Positions 19,376-28,700 of a stretch of 42,290 nt of DNA are shown piece by piece. Position 1 is the stretch's first letter. Each line of letters opens with the position of its first letter. This DNA is from a virus. Taxonomy: Duplodnaviria; Caudoviricetes. The stretch spans positions 1 to 42,290 of the IMG/VR virus record IMGVR_UViG_3300027969_000179; one strand, given 5' to 3'. Under the pieces are notes generated by a model. That model did not search any database and was not told where the DNA came from. It was given only the letters and a program-made list of their open reading frames with translations. Both the position numbers and the translations under genes were made by a program.

Positions 19376-20874
19376 GGTACTAAACCTTTTCTCCAATATC
19401 TGTTCACTATTGTTGTTGAATCTGTGCTGTCTTGATAACGTCTATTTGGCAATGCCGATTCTGTAGTTGGCGTGGTAACTCCAGTATTAAAGTCGTATGG
19501 TATGGTTGCTCTGCCCAGTTCTAATGACTTTGAATATGAACCCATTCTAATTTTATGATGAACGGACATGACAAAATATCGACCTGAATGAATTCTGTCA
19601 TTGGGTATACGTGGATTTGTTGGGTCTGCTAATTTTTCAAATGCACTAGGCACAATAAAGTTCACAATGTGCCCAACGCCAATATTATTTTTACCACCTT
19701 CAATCTCTACACCAATTTGAAATAAATTCTTAGTTAAATGTCCATAAATGTTATTAGACAACCACTCATCTCTGTTTACTGAATCATTTAATGAAGATGT
19801 AATTAACTTTCTTCCTGGAGTTTGTCCAGCGATATCATCAAATCGTGAAAATATGTTTGAGTTGTCAATTGTCTTGTATGAATAGAAATCTGTCGATTCA
19901 TTTTGTCCGTTAGCATATGACAGTTTTCTCATTGCATGAGTTCTTGATATTGGGTCAATTGATGTGACTGTTGTGTTATATAACCCCAATAGCATTGCAT
20001 TCAAATGGTTGATGTTTTCTCTTCTCTCAAACTTCAAAGTTCTTAATGTTGCATCTTCTTTATTCGCTACAGTTTTTTGTGCAAATTTAATATCATGCAC
20101 ACCATACTGTGCCGCATCTCTGATTAATTTATTCAAACTACCAAAGTAATATGATGATGTGAATGGCTCATCTGTTTTGGCGTTTGTTGCAAATACCGGA
20201 TTGAATCTTTCAAAAAATACATAGAAGTCACCTTTTGCACACGCACGATGAGTCATTGCTTCAATCGCTTTATGTGGCATAAGTCCTGTAGAGATAAATG
20301 GTTTTTCAAGTGTAATTTTGGGGTCTTCTAAGACCAAATCATTTGTTCCACCCATTTCAGAGAACATAGAAGCTACTGCATCTCCGATTGACATATTCTT
20401 ATAACTTTTGAACAAGCACTTTTTAGTTGAGTTAATATAAGTTCTTGACGTAAACTGTAATTGATATACACTATGCAAAGTTGTTTGGTCTACTGTGCTT
20501 TCGCTAATCTTATGAACAACTAAATCTTGTCGCCAAATAATAACTTCACCATTTCCTGGCTTTGCAACTTTTAATCCAATTAACTCACCACCACGTAATG
20601 CAAACTTTTCTAAGCCACCACCAGAATCATCAATTGTAATTACACCCTCAATAGACGCAGAGAACATATCTTCAATGATTTCAATATCTCTAAACGCACC
20701 CATCAAGTCTACCTTCTCGCCATATTGCGTAAGTAGAAAAACTTCCTTAACGTCAACGTCTGAGCCAAAGCCAGGAACAATTGATGGGTCTTGCGATACT
20801 TTTATATCCGAAGCCTGCCCAATGTCGGGCGAAAACTTAGTAAACGCAGAAAAATTATTATTGGTGGTAGCCAT
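19372..20874 (-). CDS. Baseplate hub protein (gp27-like)
   Basis: IEIIEDMFSASIEGVITIDDS N-terminus, FYVFFE, C-terminal HSGRYFVMSVHHKI; lies between gp53 and gp5. Confidence 0.65.
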   Translation of the reverse strand: MATTNNNFSAFTKFSPDIGQASDIKVSQDPSIVPGFGSDVDVKEVFLLTQYGEKVDLMGAFRDIEIIEDMFSASIEGVITIDDSGGGLEKFALRGGELIGLKVAKPGNGEVIIWRQDLVVHKISESTVDQTTLHSVYQLQFTSRTYINSTKKCLFKSYKNMSIGDAVASMFSEMGGTNDLVLEDPKITLEKPFISTGLMPHKAIEAMTHRACAKGDFYVFFERFNPVFATNAKTDEPFTSSYYFGSLNKLIRDAAQYGVHDIKFAQKTVANKEDATLRTLKFERRENINHLNAMLLGLYNTTVTSIDPISRTHAMRKLSYANGQNESTDFYSYKTIDNSNIFSRFDDIAGQTPGRKLITSSLNDSVNRDEWLSNNIYGHLTKNLFQIGVEIEGGKNNIGVGHIVNFIVPSAFEKLADPTNPRIPNDRIHSGRYFVMSVHHKIRMGSYSKSLELGRATIPYDFNTGVTTPTTESALPNRRYQDSTDSTTIVNRYWRKGLVP

Positions 20875-21404
20875 TAGATAACTGGTTTCTTAGTAATAGA
20901 ATTCAAATCAGAAGTAATCGCATTGATTAAACTTTTTCTAATGACTTTTATTTTTGATTTATTTGAGTTAACTCTCAACTCATATTCGTATTCAGTTTCA
21001 GATGTTCTTGCATTTGATGAAAGACTATTGTATGTTGTTTGGTCCACAATGTCATTACTTGAATTGTAGTAATATTTTACAGTAGACATAGCTGCCGTAA
21101 GGCTACCATACTTTTCAATAATGTATGATTCTAAGTCTACAGAATTCTTTGGCCAGTCATCATACAAACTATGGATATCATTGGCAAGCATAATAATCCA
21201 ATCATAATCTGTACTACCATAGAGTCTATATGATACATAGTCTGGACGTTCTCCGTCTCGCACCATGTATGGTGAGTACAATAATCCTCTGTAGTTTTTT
21301 AAATAGTCTTTTACTTTTAAAGATGATGTGATATCGATTGCAGTAAGTGAATCGTAGTCATCAACTTTATAAGTTATTTTTGGATAGAATGTGTATATTG
21401 ACAT
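20874..21404 (-). CDS. gp53: Baseplate wedge subunit gp53
   Basis: LysM-like YMVRDGERPDYVSYRLYGSTDYDWIIMLAN...DWP...YIIEKYGS, YEYELRVN. Confidence 0.9.
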   Translation of the reverse strand: MSIYTFYPKITYKVDDYDSLTAIDITSSLKVKDYLKNYRGLLYSPYMVRDGERPDYVSYRLYGSTDYDWIIMLANDIHSLYDDWPKNSVDLESYIIEKYGSLTAAMSTVKYYYNSSNDIVDQTTYNSLSSNARTSETEYEYELRVNSNKSKIKVIRKSLINAITSDLNSITKKPVI

Positions 21405-21405
21405 A

Positions 21406-22464
21406 TTAGAAAATTGTTCGACCTGATGTTTTATGTTCTGCTGTTGCGTAGTCTGCTGTAATCAATACGCTCTCTCTTAATGCAATTGTCATGTTAACTT
21501 CAGAAGCAAAATAATCTCCAGTGTTTGCGGATTCGGGGCTTGAAAGAAATACCATTTTGTTTTGTGCGCCATAATCTAAGCCAACGTTTTCAATCATACA
21601 GAAGTCAGATTGAAATAAAGAAACAATTTCGCTGTTTGTTCCATTCTTTTTATAAAGAATCAATTCTAATTCGCACATATCTGGATAACCAAACGTCAAA
21701 GGTGCTTTAGATGCTTCCACAATTGATGTTCCTTCATTTTCATTGAATGCATCAAGCCCAAGTTCTGTTAATGCTATTCTTTTTTCTTCATCGGGTAATG
21801 CATTAATTGCGTCAAGGTCTGCTTGACTTATACCAGATTCGGCTAAAGCGTTTTCGTTAAAACCTGTTAGTGTATCGTTTAAATTTCCTCTAGGTGAAGA
21901 TGCAACACGAAACGTGTGAATAATATCACGCATCGTTTTTGCTTCCTCATAACTTGTAGGTTTCATGTTAAATGGCAATTGAAAAGACCTGAATCTAGGT
22001 CCTTGATAAATCAGTTGTTGAAAACTGTTAAATAGTTTTCTTGTCAAAAATTCTGCTTGAGATTTACCCGATTGTCCTGCACTAGCAATATATCCCACAC
22101 CAGCACCGAGAGCATTCATCAATCCTTTTTGAATCGCTTCTAAACCACTACCTTTGACTTTACCCAACAAATCTGTCATGTCTTTCAATGTTGCATTGCT
22201 AGTTTGTCCTGGTTCAATACTACCAAATATGCCTGTAGCTTCCGTATAGCTGTTGCTTAACTGTGTGCTAAACGTGCCGCCAAGTCGTATATAAATAGAT
22301 GGCGCATTAGAGTCTTTACCCGTTGCATCGTAGAATTTAAATCTAGCCATGGGAATAACAAATTCTGAATGTGCAAAGTCGCTACCAAATATTAATTCGG
22401 TTTCTGGTCCGCTAGGATATTCAAATCCAGAGGTTGTTATTGTAAATGGTGTTCTATCTGTCAT
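21406..22464 (-). CDS. gp48: Baseplate tail-tube cap gp48-like
   Basis: QLIYQGPRFRSFQLPFNMKPTSYEEAKTMRDIIHTFR...YPD...CMIENVGLDY; upstream of gp53 and divergent from gp4. Confidence 0.75.
   Translation of the reverse strand: MTDRTPFTITTSGFEYPSGPETELIFGSDFAHSEFVIPMARFKFYDATGKDSNAPSIYIRLGGTFSTQLSNSYTEATGIFGSIEPGQTSNATLKDMTDLLGKVKGSGLEAIQKGLMNALGAGVGYIASAGQSGKSQAEFLTRKLFNSFQQLIYQGPRFRSFQLPFNMKPTSYEEAKTMRDIIHTFRVASSPRGNLNDTLTGFNENALAESGISQADLDAINALPDEEKRIALTELGLDAFNENEGTSIVEASKAPLTFGYPDMCELELILYKKNGTNSEIVSLFQSDFCMIENVGLDYGAQNKMVFLSSPESANTGDYFASEVNMTIALRESVLITADYATAEHKTSGRTIF
22290..22297 (+). promoter_or_regulatory. Candidate late promoter TATAAATA for the gp4 operon (inside gp48, opposite strand)
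   Basis: Exact TATAAATA about 200 nt upstream of the gp4 ATG. Confidence 0.45.
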
Positions 22465-22499
22465 TTGACTTTCTCTTATATTAATTCATTATTCTATTT

Positions 22500-22943
22500 A
22501 TGTCATACAAAGGTAAATTTAAGCCTAAAAACTATCAAAAGTACAAAGGCAACCCAACAAATATTACATATCGTAGTTTGTTAGAGAGAAGATTCATGGT
22601 ATATTGTGATGAAACTCCATCTATACTTGAGTGGTCTTCTGAAGAAGTTGTTGTGCCTTACGTGTCTCCTGTTGACAATAGATATCATAGATACTTTGTT
22701 GATTTCTGGATGAAGTATAGAGACAAGAACGGAGAGATAAAATCTGTATTGATTGAAGTCAAGCCAGACATACAAACACGCCCTCCTGTTAGAAAAAATA
22801 CACCAACTGGTAAACCAACTAGACGATTCATCAATGAAGTGATGACATGGGGCGTGAATCAAGCAAAATGGGAAGCCGCAACAAAGTACTCAATTGAAAG
22901 AAATTGGGAATTTAAAATCATAACTGACAAAGATTTGAGATAA
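22500..22943 (+). CDS. gp4: Head completion protein gp4 (TnsA-like nuclease fold)
   Basis: YKGKFKPKNYQKYKGNPTNITYRSLLERRFM...WSSEE...HRYFVDF...IEVKP...NQAKW. Confidence 0.93.
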   Translation: MSYKGKFKPKNYQKYKGNPTNITYRSLLERRFMVYCDETPSILEWSSEEVVVPYVSPVDNRYHRYFVDFWMKYRDKNGEIKSVLIEVKPDIQTRPPVRKNTPTGKPTRRFINEVMTWGVNQAKWEAATKYSIERNWEFKIITDKDLR

Positions 22944-22951
22944 ATAGAAGT

Positions 22952-23548
22952 ATGATATTCGATAACATACTCATTCAAGGCGCACGACAAGGCATCATTC
23001 CTGCAAGAACAGTTGCGGCAAGGGATTGGTACAGACAAGCGGCTGGTAAATTAACATCAAACATAACTCCTGGTGTGTTTGAAAAACGAACCGACTCTGC
23101 GAGAAAAGTTTCTACGATGGAGTATGGGTATATGTATGCATTCAGATACGACCCAAAAATGAAAAAAGAGTTGCCGTACTACGATACGTTTCCTTTAATC
23201 TTTCCAGTAAAGATGGAATCAGATGGATTTTTGGGAATCAACTTTCACTATTTGCCGCCTGTACTACGTGCTAAATTAATGAATGCGTTGTACTCGACAT
23301 TAACAAACAAAAAGTATGATGACACAACAAAAGTTAAAATTTCATATTCTATTCTGCAATCTGCATCTAAGTACAGATACTTTAAGCCGATGCTAAAAAA
23401 ATATCTAAGAAGTCATGTGCGTTCACAATTCTTAGAGATACAAGTAAACGAATGGGATATGGCTATTTTTCTACCAACAGAGTCTTTCAGAAAAGCAGAC
23501 ACAGGACGTGTTTGGGAAGAGTCTCGCAAACAATTAGGAAAGTCATAA
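22952..23548 (+). CDS. gp2: DNA end protector protein gp2
   Basis: YDPKMKKELPYYDTFPLIFP...GFLGINFHYLPP.LRA...KKYL..HV.S; GATAAATA late-promoter-like site at 22939-22946. Confidence 0.92.
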   Translation: MIFDNILIQGARQGIIPARTVAARDWYRQAAGKLTSNITPGVFEKRTDSARKVSTMEYGYMYAFRYDPKMKKELPYYDTFPLIFPVKMESDGFLGINFHYLPPVLRAKLMNALYSTLTNKKYDDTTKVKISYSILQSASKYRYFKPMLKKYLRSHVRSQFLEIQVNEWDMAIFLPTESFRKADTGRVWEESRKQLGKS

Positions 23549-23549
23549 A

Positions 23550-24209
23550 ATGGCAACAACTTTACCCACAGTTACTGTAACGGCAAAGAGAGAGAGCCCA
23601 TTTAGCATATCAAACTTTAAAACTGCTATTGGTAAGCCAGTTCGCCCTAACTTATTTCGTGCAATATTGCGTGGATGGGAAGACAACGAAGTTTTAAACG
23701 CAACGATGGCTCAGTATGGAGTTTCAGATATTGATGATTTTGTTTTTAGATGCGAAAAAGCTGAGTTGCCTGGTCGTTCTATTGCTACGTCAGACGATAC
23801 TGGTGGGGGTGGTCCTGCATTAAAACTTCCATACGATGTTACATATAATGACATGCAACTTTCAATTATATGTTCAGCCGATATGAAAGAACGTGTGTTC
23901 TTTGAGTCTTGGATTGATTCTATTGTTGGTCCTGCTGGAGAAACAACTGGAGCATCAAATGGTGGCTTAGTTTCATATTTTCAAGATTATGCTAGAGGTG
24001 TCACACTAGAAATTCAGCAATTAGATGAAGCAGGCAATAAACTTATTTCATACCAATTAAATGACGTTTATCCTACAGTCATATCACCTATGAATGCAAC
24101 ATGGGAAGAAGTAAATTCTTATCAACGTTTTGGCGTTACATTATTTTATCGCTATTACAAATTTACAATAGCAGGCGGCGGCTGGGAAGTTCCGCCAGAC
24201 CTGCGCTAA
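23550..24209 (+). CDS. gp54: Baseplate tail-tube initiator gp54 (gp19-like fold)
   Basis: RPNLF, CEKAELPGRSI, PYDVTY, ERVFFESW, L.DVYP, VTLFYRY; synteny gp2-gp54-gp26. Confidence 0.75.
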   Translation: MATTLPTVTVTAKRESPFSISNFKTAIGKPVRPNLFRAILRGWEDNEVLNATMAQYGVSDIDDFVFRCEKAELPGRSIATSDDTGGGGPALKLPYDVTYNDMQLSIICSADMKERVFFESWIDSIVGPAGETTGASNGGLVSYFQDYARGVTLEIQQLDEAGNKLISYQLNDVYPTVISPMNATWEEVNSYQRFGVTLFYRYYKFTIAGGGWEVPPDLR

Positions 24210-24244
24210 AAATTTTTAATCATTAACACCTTTGGAGGTACATC

Positions 24245-24982
24245 ATGGCTTTGCCTAAAATTAACACACCTATCTTTGAATTGACTTTATCATCATCTGG
24301 TCAGGCAGTACAATATCGTCCTTTCTTAATGAAAGAACAGAAGATTCTTTTACTTGCATTAGAGAGTGGAGAACCTAAATCAATTATGACAGCAGTAAAG
24401 CAAATTATTAATAATTGTGCTATTAGTACTGTTGACGTAGATAAGTTGCCGATATTCGATTTAGAATATTTCTTTATGAGACTACGTGGCAAATCTATTG
24501 GTGAAACAGTAGACTTGCAAATGCGTCATCCAACAGGGTTAAATTCCAAAGAGGAAGAATGTCAGCACGTAACTAAGTTTCCATTTAACATCATGGAAGT
24601 TGAAGTCGAAAAAACAATTAGTCATACAGACAAGATTACAATTGATGAAGAAACAGGTTTGGGTATTAAGTTAAAATATCCAACAGCAGACTTTACTGAA
24701 ATGAATACTGAGGATTTAAGTCAATTAGATGTTGCAGTTAAAATGTTGATTGCATGTATTGATTACATTTACGATAAAGATGAAGTATATAAGAGAGAAG
24801 ATTCTACAATGAAAGAATTAGAAGAATTCGTAGATAGTCTTTCACAAGAACAGTTTAAAGCTGTAATGAATTTCTTTGAAACCATGCCAAAACTAAAACA
24901 TAACATTAAATGGAGATGTACAGGTTGCGGTTGTGAAGATGAAGTTATGTTGGAGGGAATGGGAAATTTTTTCGCATTGTGA
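24245..24982 (+). CDS. gp26: Baseplate hub assembly protein gp26
   Basis: MALPKINTP.FELTL...YRPFLMKEQKILLLA...FDLEYFFMRLRGKSIGE...FFETMPKL...CxxC...LEGMGNFF. Confidence 0.9.
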   Translation: MALPKINTPIFELTLSSSGQAVQYRPFLMKEQKILLLALESGEPKSIMTAVKQIINNCAISTVDVDKLPIFDLEYFFMRLRGKSIGETVDLQMRHPTGLNSKEEECQHVTKFPFNIMEVEVEKTISHTDKITIDEETGLGIKLKYPTADFTEMNTEDLSQLDVAVKMLIACIDYIYDKDEVYKREDSTMKELEEFVDSLSQEQFKAVMNFFETMPKLKHNIKWRCTGCGCEDEVMLEGMGNFFAL

Positions 24983-25173
24983 TGGGGCATGATAGTTTAG
25001 CGAACTATTATAAGACCAATTTTGCTTTAATGCAACATCATAAATACAGTTTAGGTGATTTGGAAGACATGATTCCTTTTGAGCGTGATATTTACATAAT
25101 GTTATTAAGTCAACATATCGAAGAAGAAAATGACAGAATACAACAACAAAATCAGGCGCACAGAAGGGGTTAA
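24979..25173 (+). CDS. gp51: Baseplate hub assembly catalyst gp51-like
   Basis: LANYYKTNFALMQHHKYSLGDLEDMIPFERDIY; follows gp26. Confidence 0.88.
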   Translation: MMGHDSLANYYKTNFALMQHHKYSLGDLEDMIPFERDIYIMLLSQHIEEENDRIQQQNQAHRRG

Positions 25174-25694
25174 TGACAATGACAACAGCTAAAGAATACG
25201 CTAAATTGAGCGATAGCGAAAAGAAAAAAGAAGACTGGATGAACGCTAAATGGCGTCCAATGATGGGTTGGATTTATATGCTAACCTGTGTAACAGACTT
25301 CATTATTTTTCCTGTATTATGGTCTATACTACAAGCCGCATTGAAACAACCTGTGACTGCATGGCAACCTATTACTTTGCAAGGCGCAGGTTTATTTCAC
25401 CTCTCTATGGGTGCTATTATTGGTGTTGCGGCTTTTGGGCGCACACAAGAAAAACTAGCAGGAGCAAACAATGGCGGTATGCAACCCATGGGACAAAGCG
25501 TCACGACAACATATGGCTCACCTTCAGCAGGAGGCTTCGGAGCATCCAGCAGTTTTGGTTCACCAACATCAAACAGCTTTGGTAGCAGTTCAGGCTTTGG
25601 AGCATCAACGTCTAACTTTGATTCAAAACCAGCAACCGGAAAAGCCGCAAAATTTGCCGACCCAAATCCCGACTCAGTATTCGACAGAGGGTAA
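25173..25694 (+). CDS. 3TM holin-like membrane protein (GTA holin family) with low-complexity tail
   Basis: WRPMMGWIY motif, hydrophobic helices, AAFGRTQEKL, then a Gly/Ser/Phe-rich C-terminus. Confidence 0.65.
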   Translation: MTMTTAKEYAKLSDSEKKKEDWMNAKWRPMMGWIYMLTCVTDFIIFPVLWSILQAALKQPVTAWQPITLQGAGLFHLSMGAIIGVAAFGRTQEKLAGANNGGMQPMGQSVTTTYGSPSAGGFGASSSFGSPTSNSFGSSSGFGASTSNFDSKPATGKAAKFADPNPDSVFDRG

Positions 25695-25700
25695 TCAATA

Positions 25701-28700
25701 ATGGCAACAATAGGCAACTACGGAGCCGCACTAGGAGACACGCTTAAGCAAACTGCTGGCGGTATAGTCAAAGGCTTTGGTTATGGACTCAAGGGAGCCG
25801 CACTCTCTGAGATGCCAGGACTTGTTGCCGGCTATGGCGCATTCTCTGCGCTACGCAAAAATGCAAATAGCATTGGACAAGCTAAAGCGGCTCTTGCACA
25901 AGGGTCTGCACAAACTCCAGCATCATCCTCATCAATGGCAGGAGGAAATCCATTTGCACAAATGGTTCACCAGTTAGCACAGATTAATGCTAATACTGCT
26001 ACTGCGGCTAATGTTGCAAAAGCATCTGCTAAAGCTGAACAATATAAAATGATGTTTGAAGAAGAGAAGGCTAGAGAACAAGCACAACAGAATCAAGCAC
26101 TCATCGATGCAATTAAAAATTCAGGAATGGGTGGAGGAGGTAAAGCGGGAGAAGCAAGTGCCGCAGCCAGTGGTGGTGGACTATTAACTAACATATTAGG
26201 TAATGCTTTAGGTGGAATGTTAGGTACAGTTGTTATGGGTGCATTGCTAGGACTTAAAAACAAATTAAAAGCATTCATTGCAGAGTTAGTATTATCTGCG
26301 GCTTTGCTATTTGGTGGACCAGGAGGTAAGTTAGGAAAACTTGGTGGTGCCGCTTGGGCAGGTGCAAAGATTGCAGGTAAAGTTGGTGCAAGATTTATAC
26401 CTTACGTTGGTTGGGCACTACTAGCCGCAGACGTTGCTGAGGCTGGTGTTGCAATCGCAGGAGCCGCAGATAAGTCTGCAAAGAAAAATGCTAATAAACC
26501 TAATGCTCCTATGGAGTATGACGCAATGGGCAATGCTACAGGTGTTGGTCCAGATACATCTGAAGATACAAAAAAGGGTAATGCAAATTCGCCAAAATCG
26601 GTAACTGCACAAACAGGCGCAAATAAAACTTCAGGACTTTTATGGAGAGTTCCTCTTACTGTACCATATAGAGTTAGTAGTGAGTTTAAAGAGAAGAGTG
26701 CGTTAAGAGGCGGCAGAGAACATGATGGTATTGACTTAGCAGTCGGTATGGGTAATTATGTTGTAGCCGCTGCCGATGGTATTCTTGTTCAAGTAAGCGA
26801 AAATAAAACTGCTGGTATATTTGCAATAATTGACCACCGCAATGGAATGACTTCAGCATATTGTCATCTATCTGCTGGTTTGACTCAAAAAGTTGGTCAG
26901 AACGTAAAGGTTGGTGATGTTATTGGTTTTGTCGGTAGTACTGGACACTCAACAGGACCACACTTACACTTCTCATTAAAGCGTGGCGGAAGCCCAGTTG
27001 ATCCAAGAACATTTATTAAATTTGGAGAAGGAAACAAAGAAACTACTCCTGAGGCTCCAGCTAAAGCGCCTAGCGGTGCACCTCAAGGCGATGCTAAACG
27101 TGGAAATTTTGATCCAAGAAAAGCGCAACGTGTTCCTGGTTTTGCCGCACAAGCAAATAAAAAATTAACAGATAATGCAGTAACAGCGTATTACAAAGCA
27201 TTGAAAGAAGGTAAATCAGAAGAAGAAGCAAAAGCAATTGCAACTAAAGTTGCTGGAGAAAATCCTGAAGCAAAATCCGCATTAGAAAAAGTCAGCGCAA
27301 AAGCAACTAAAGTTGCTGGAGGAGGTGATTCTGAGAACGGAATTAATGGAGTTTCAAGTGCTGGTGACATAGTTCCTCTTGCAGTTGCAAAAACTTCAGC
27401 AACACCATTGATTGAAATGGGTGATGCTGGTGTAGCAGAATCAATGCAAAATAAAACTCCAGTATGGGTAGATGCATATTTGCGTAAAGTTGCCGCTAAA
27501 GGATACTACACAGAACGTGAAACTGCCAAACGCACTCAAGAAGTTATTAAAGAATTAGGCGGTATTAAAGAGAACACTCGTATTACTGCTAAAGAGGTTA
27601 CAAAAAGTAGAGTAACTAAAAGCATGTTCCAATCATCGGAACAACTATTATCTAAAGTAAATAAACAATTCACGGATAGTCTACAGAGACAGTTAACTAA
27701 AACTATTTCTGGCACCTTGATGAATGCATTGTATCCAGGTGGATATAAAAATGTTAGTCAAAAAACAGCACAAGGTCAAATGTATAGGGGTGAACAACTT
27801 AATAAGCTATTAGGTTTAACACCACAACTCACTAAACTCGGAACGTCTGTATTTGGCAAACAATATGGTCCTGCGTTTGGACAAATCTTCAGTAAAGCCG
27901 CAACAGGTTATATGGAAGTTGGTGCTAGGGCTGTAGCAAAAGGCATCTTTGGTTCGATGGGTGCCGGAATGAATGATAATGCCGCTAATGTTCTTGGTGG
28001 ACAGATTTTAGGTAATCTTGCTAAAGGAACACAACAAGGCAAATTAACTGCGCTTGAACAAATTATCTATGGTGTGAGTGGCGGACAAGTTGCATTAGGT
28101 CCAGAGACTATCTTTGCAAAATATGGATTTGCATCACCACAAGATGGTATTAATTACATGGCCAATGTATTAGGATCATCTATGATGGGACCTATTGATA
28201 GTGCAATGGGAACTACTCCACTCAGTATGAATAACATGGATCCACGAATGAGAACCATGGGAATGTATGGCGGATACAATGGTCAAGTTGGTGGTTCACC
28301 GACAGGAATGCCTTCAGCAGGAACATTGCAAGCGGCCGCACAAAACAATCCTTATATGCAATTGAATAAAGATGGCATGGTTGTTCTTAAAGATAACATG
28401 CCTGAACAAACAAAAACTATTGCAGAACAACTTAATGTTGCAAAACAATCTGAGATAGATTCAAAACAAAGATTTTTAGATGCAGAAAAAGGTAGTGAAG
28501 AAAGAGCCATTGCACAGAAAATGGTTAGTGAATCGCAATATGAACAACAGATATTAACTAATAGACTTCTTGCATCTAGAGCAACAACTGGTAGCGGAAC
28601 AAACGTATCTATTGGTGGTGGAGGTGGTAGCGGAGGATTCTTTAGCGGAGGTGGACCTCTTGCTGAAGTTGGTAATATGGCTCTTGACTTAGGAAAGTCG

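Noticed and set aside
22500-22943. TnsA-like nuclease fold suggesting a transposon or homing endonuclease
   Set aside because: It is the core T4 head completion protein gp4 in its usual position; no inverted repeats or transposase.
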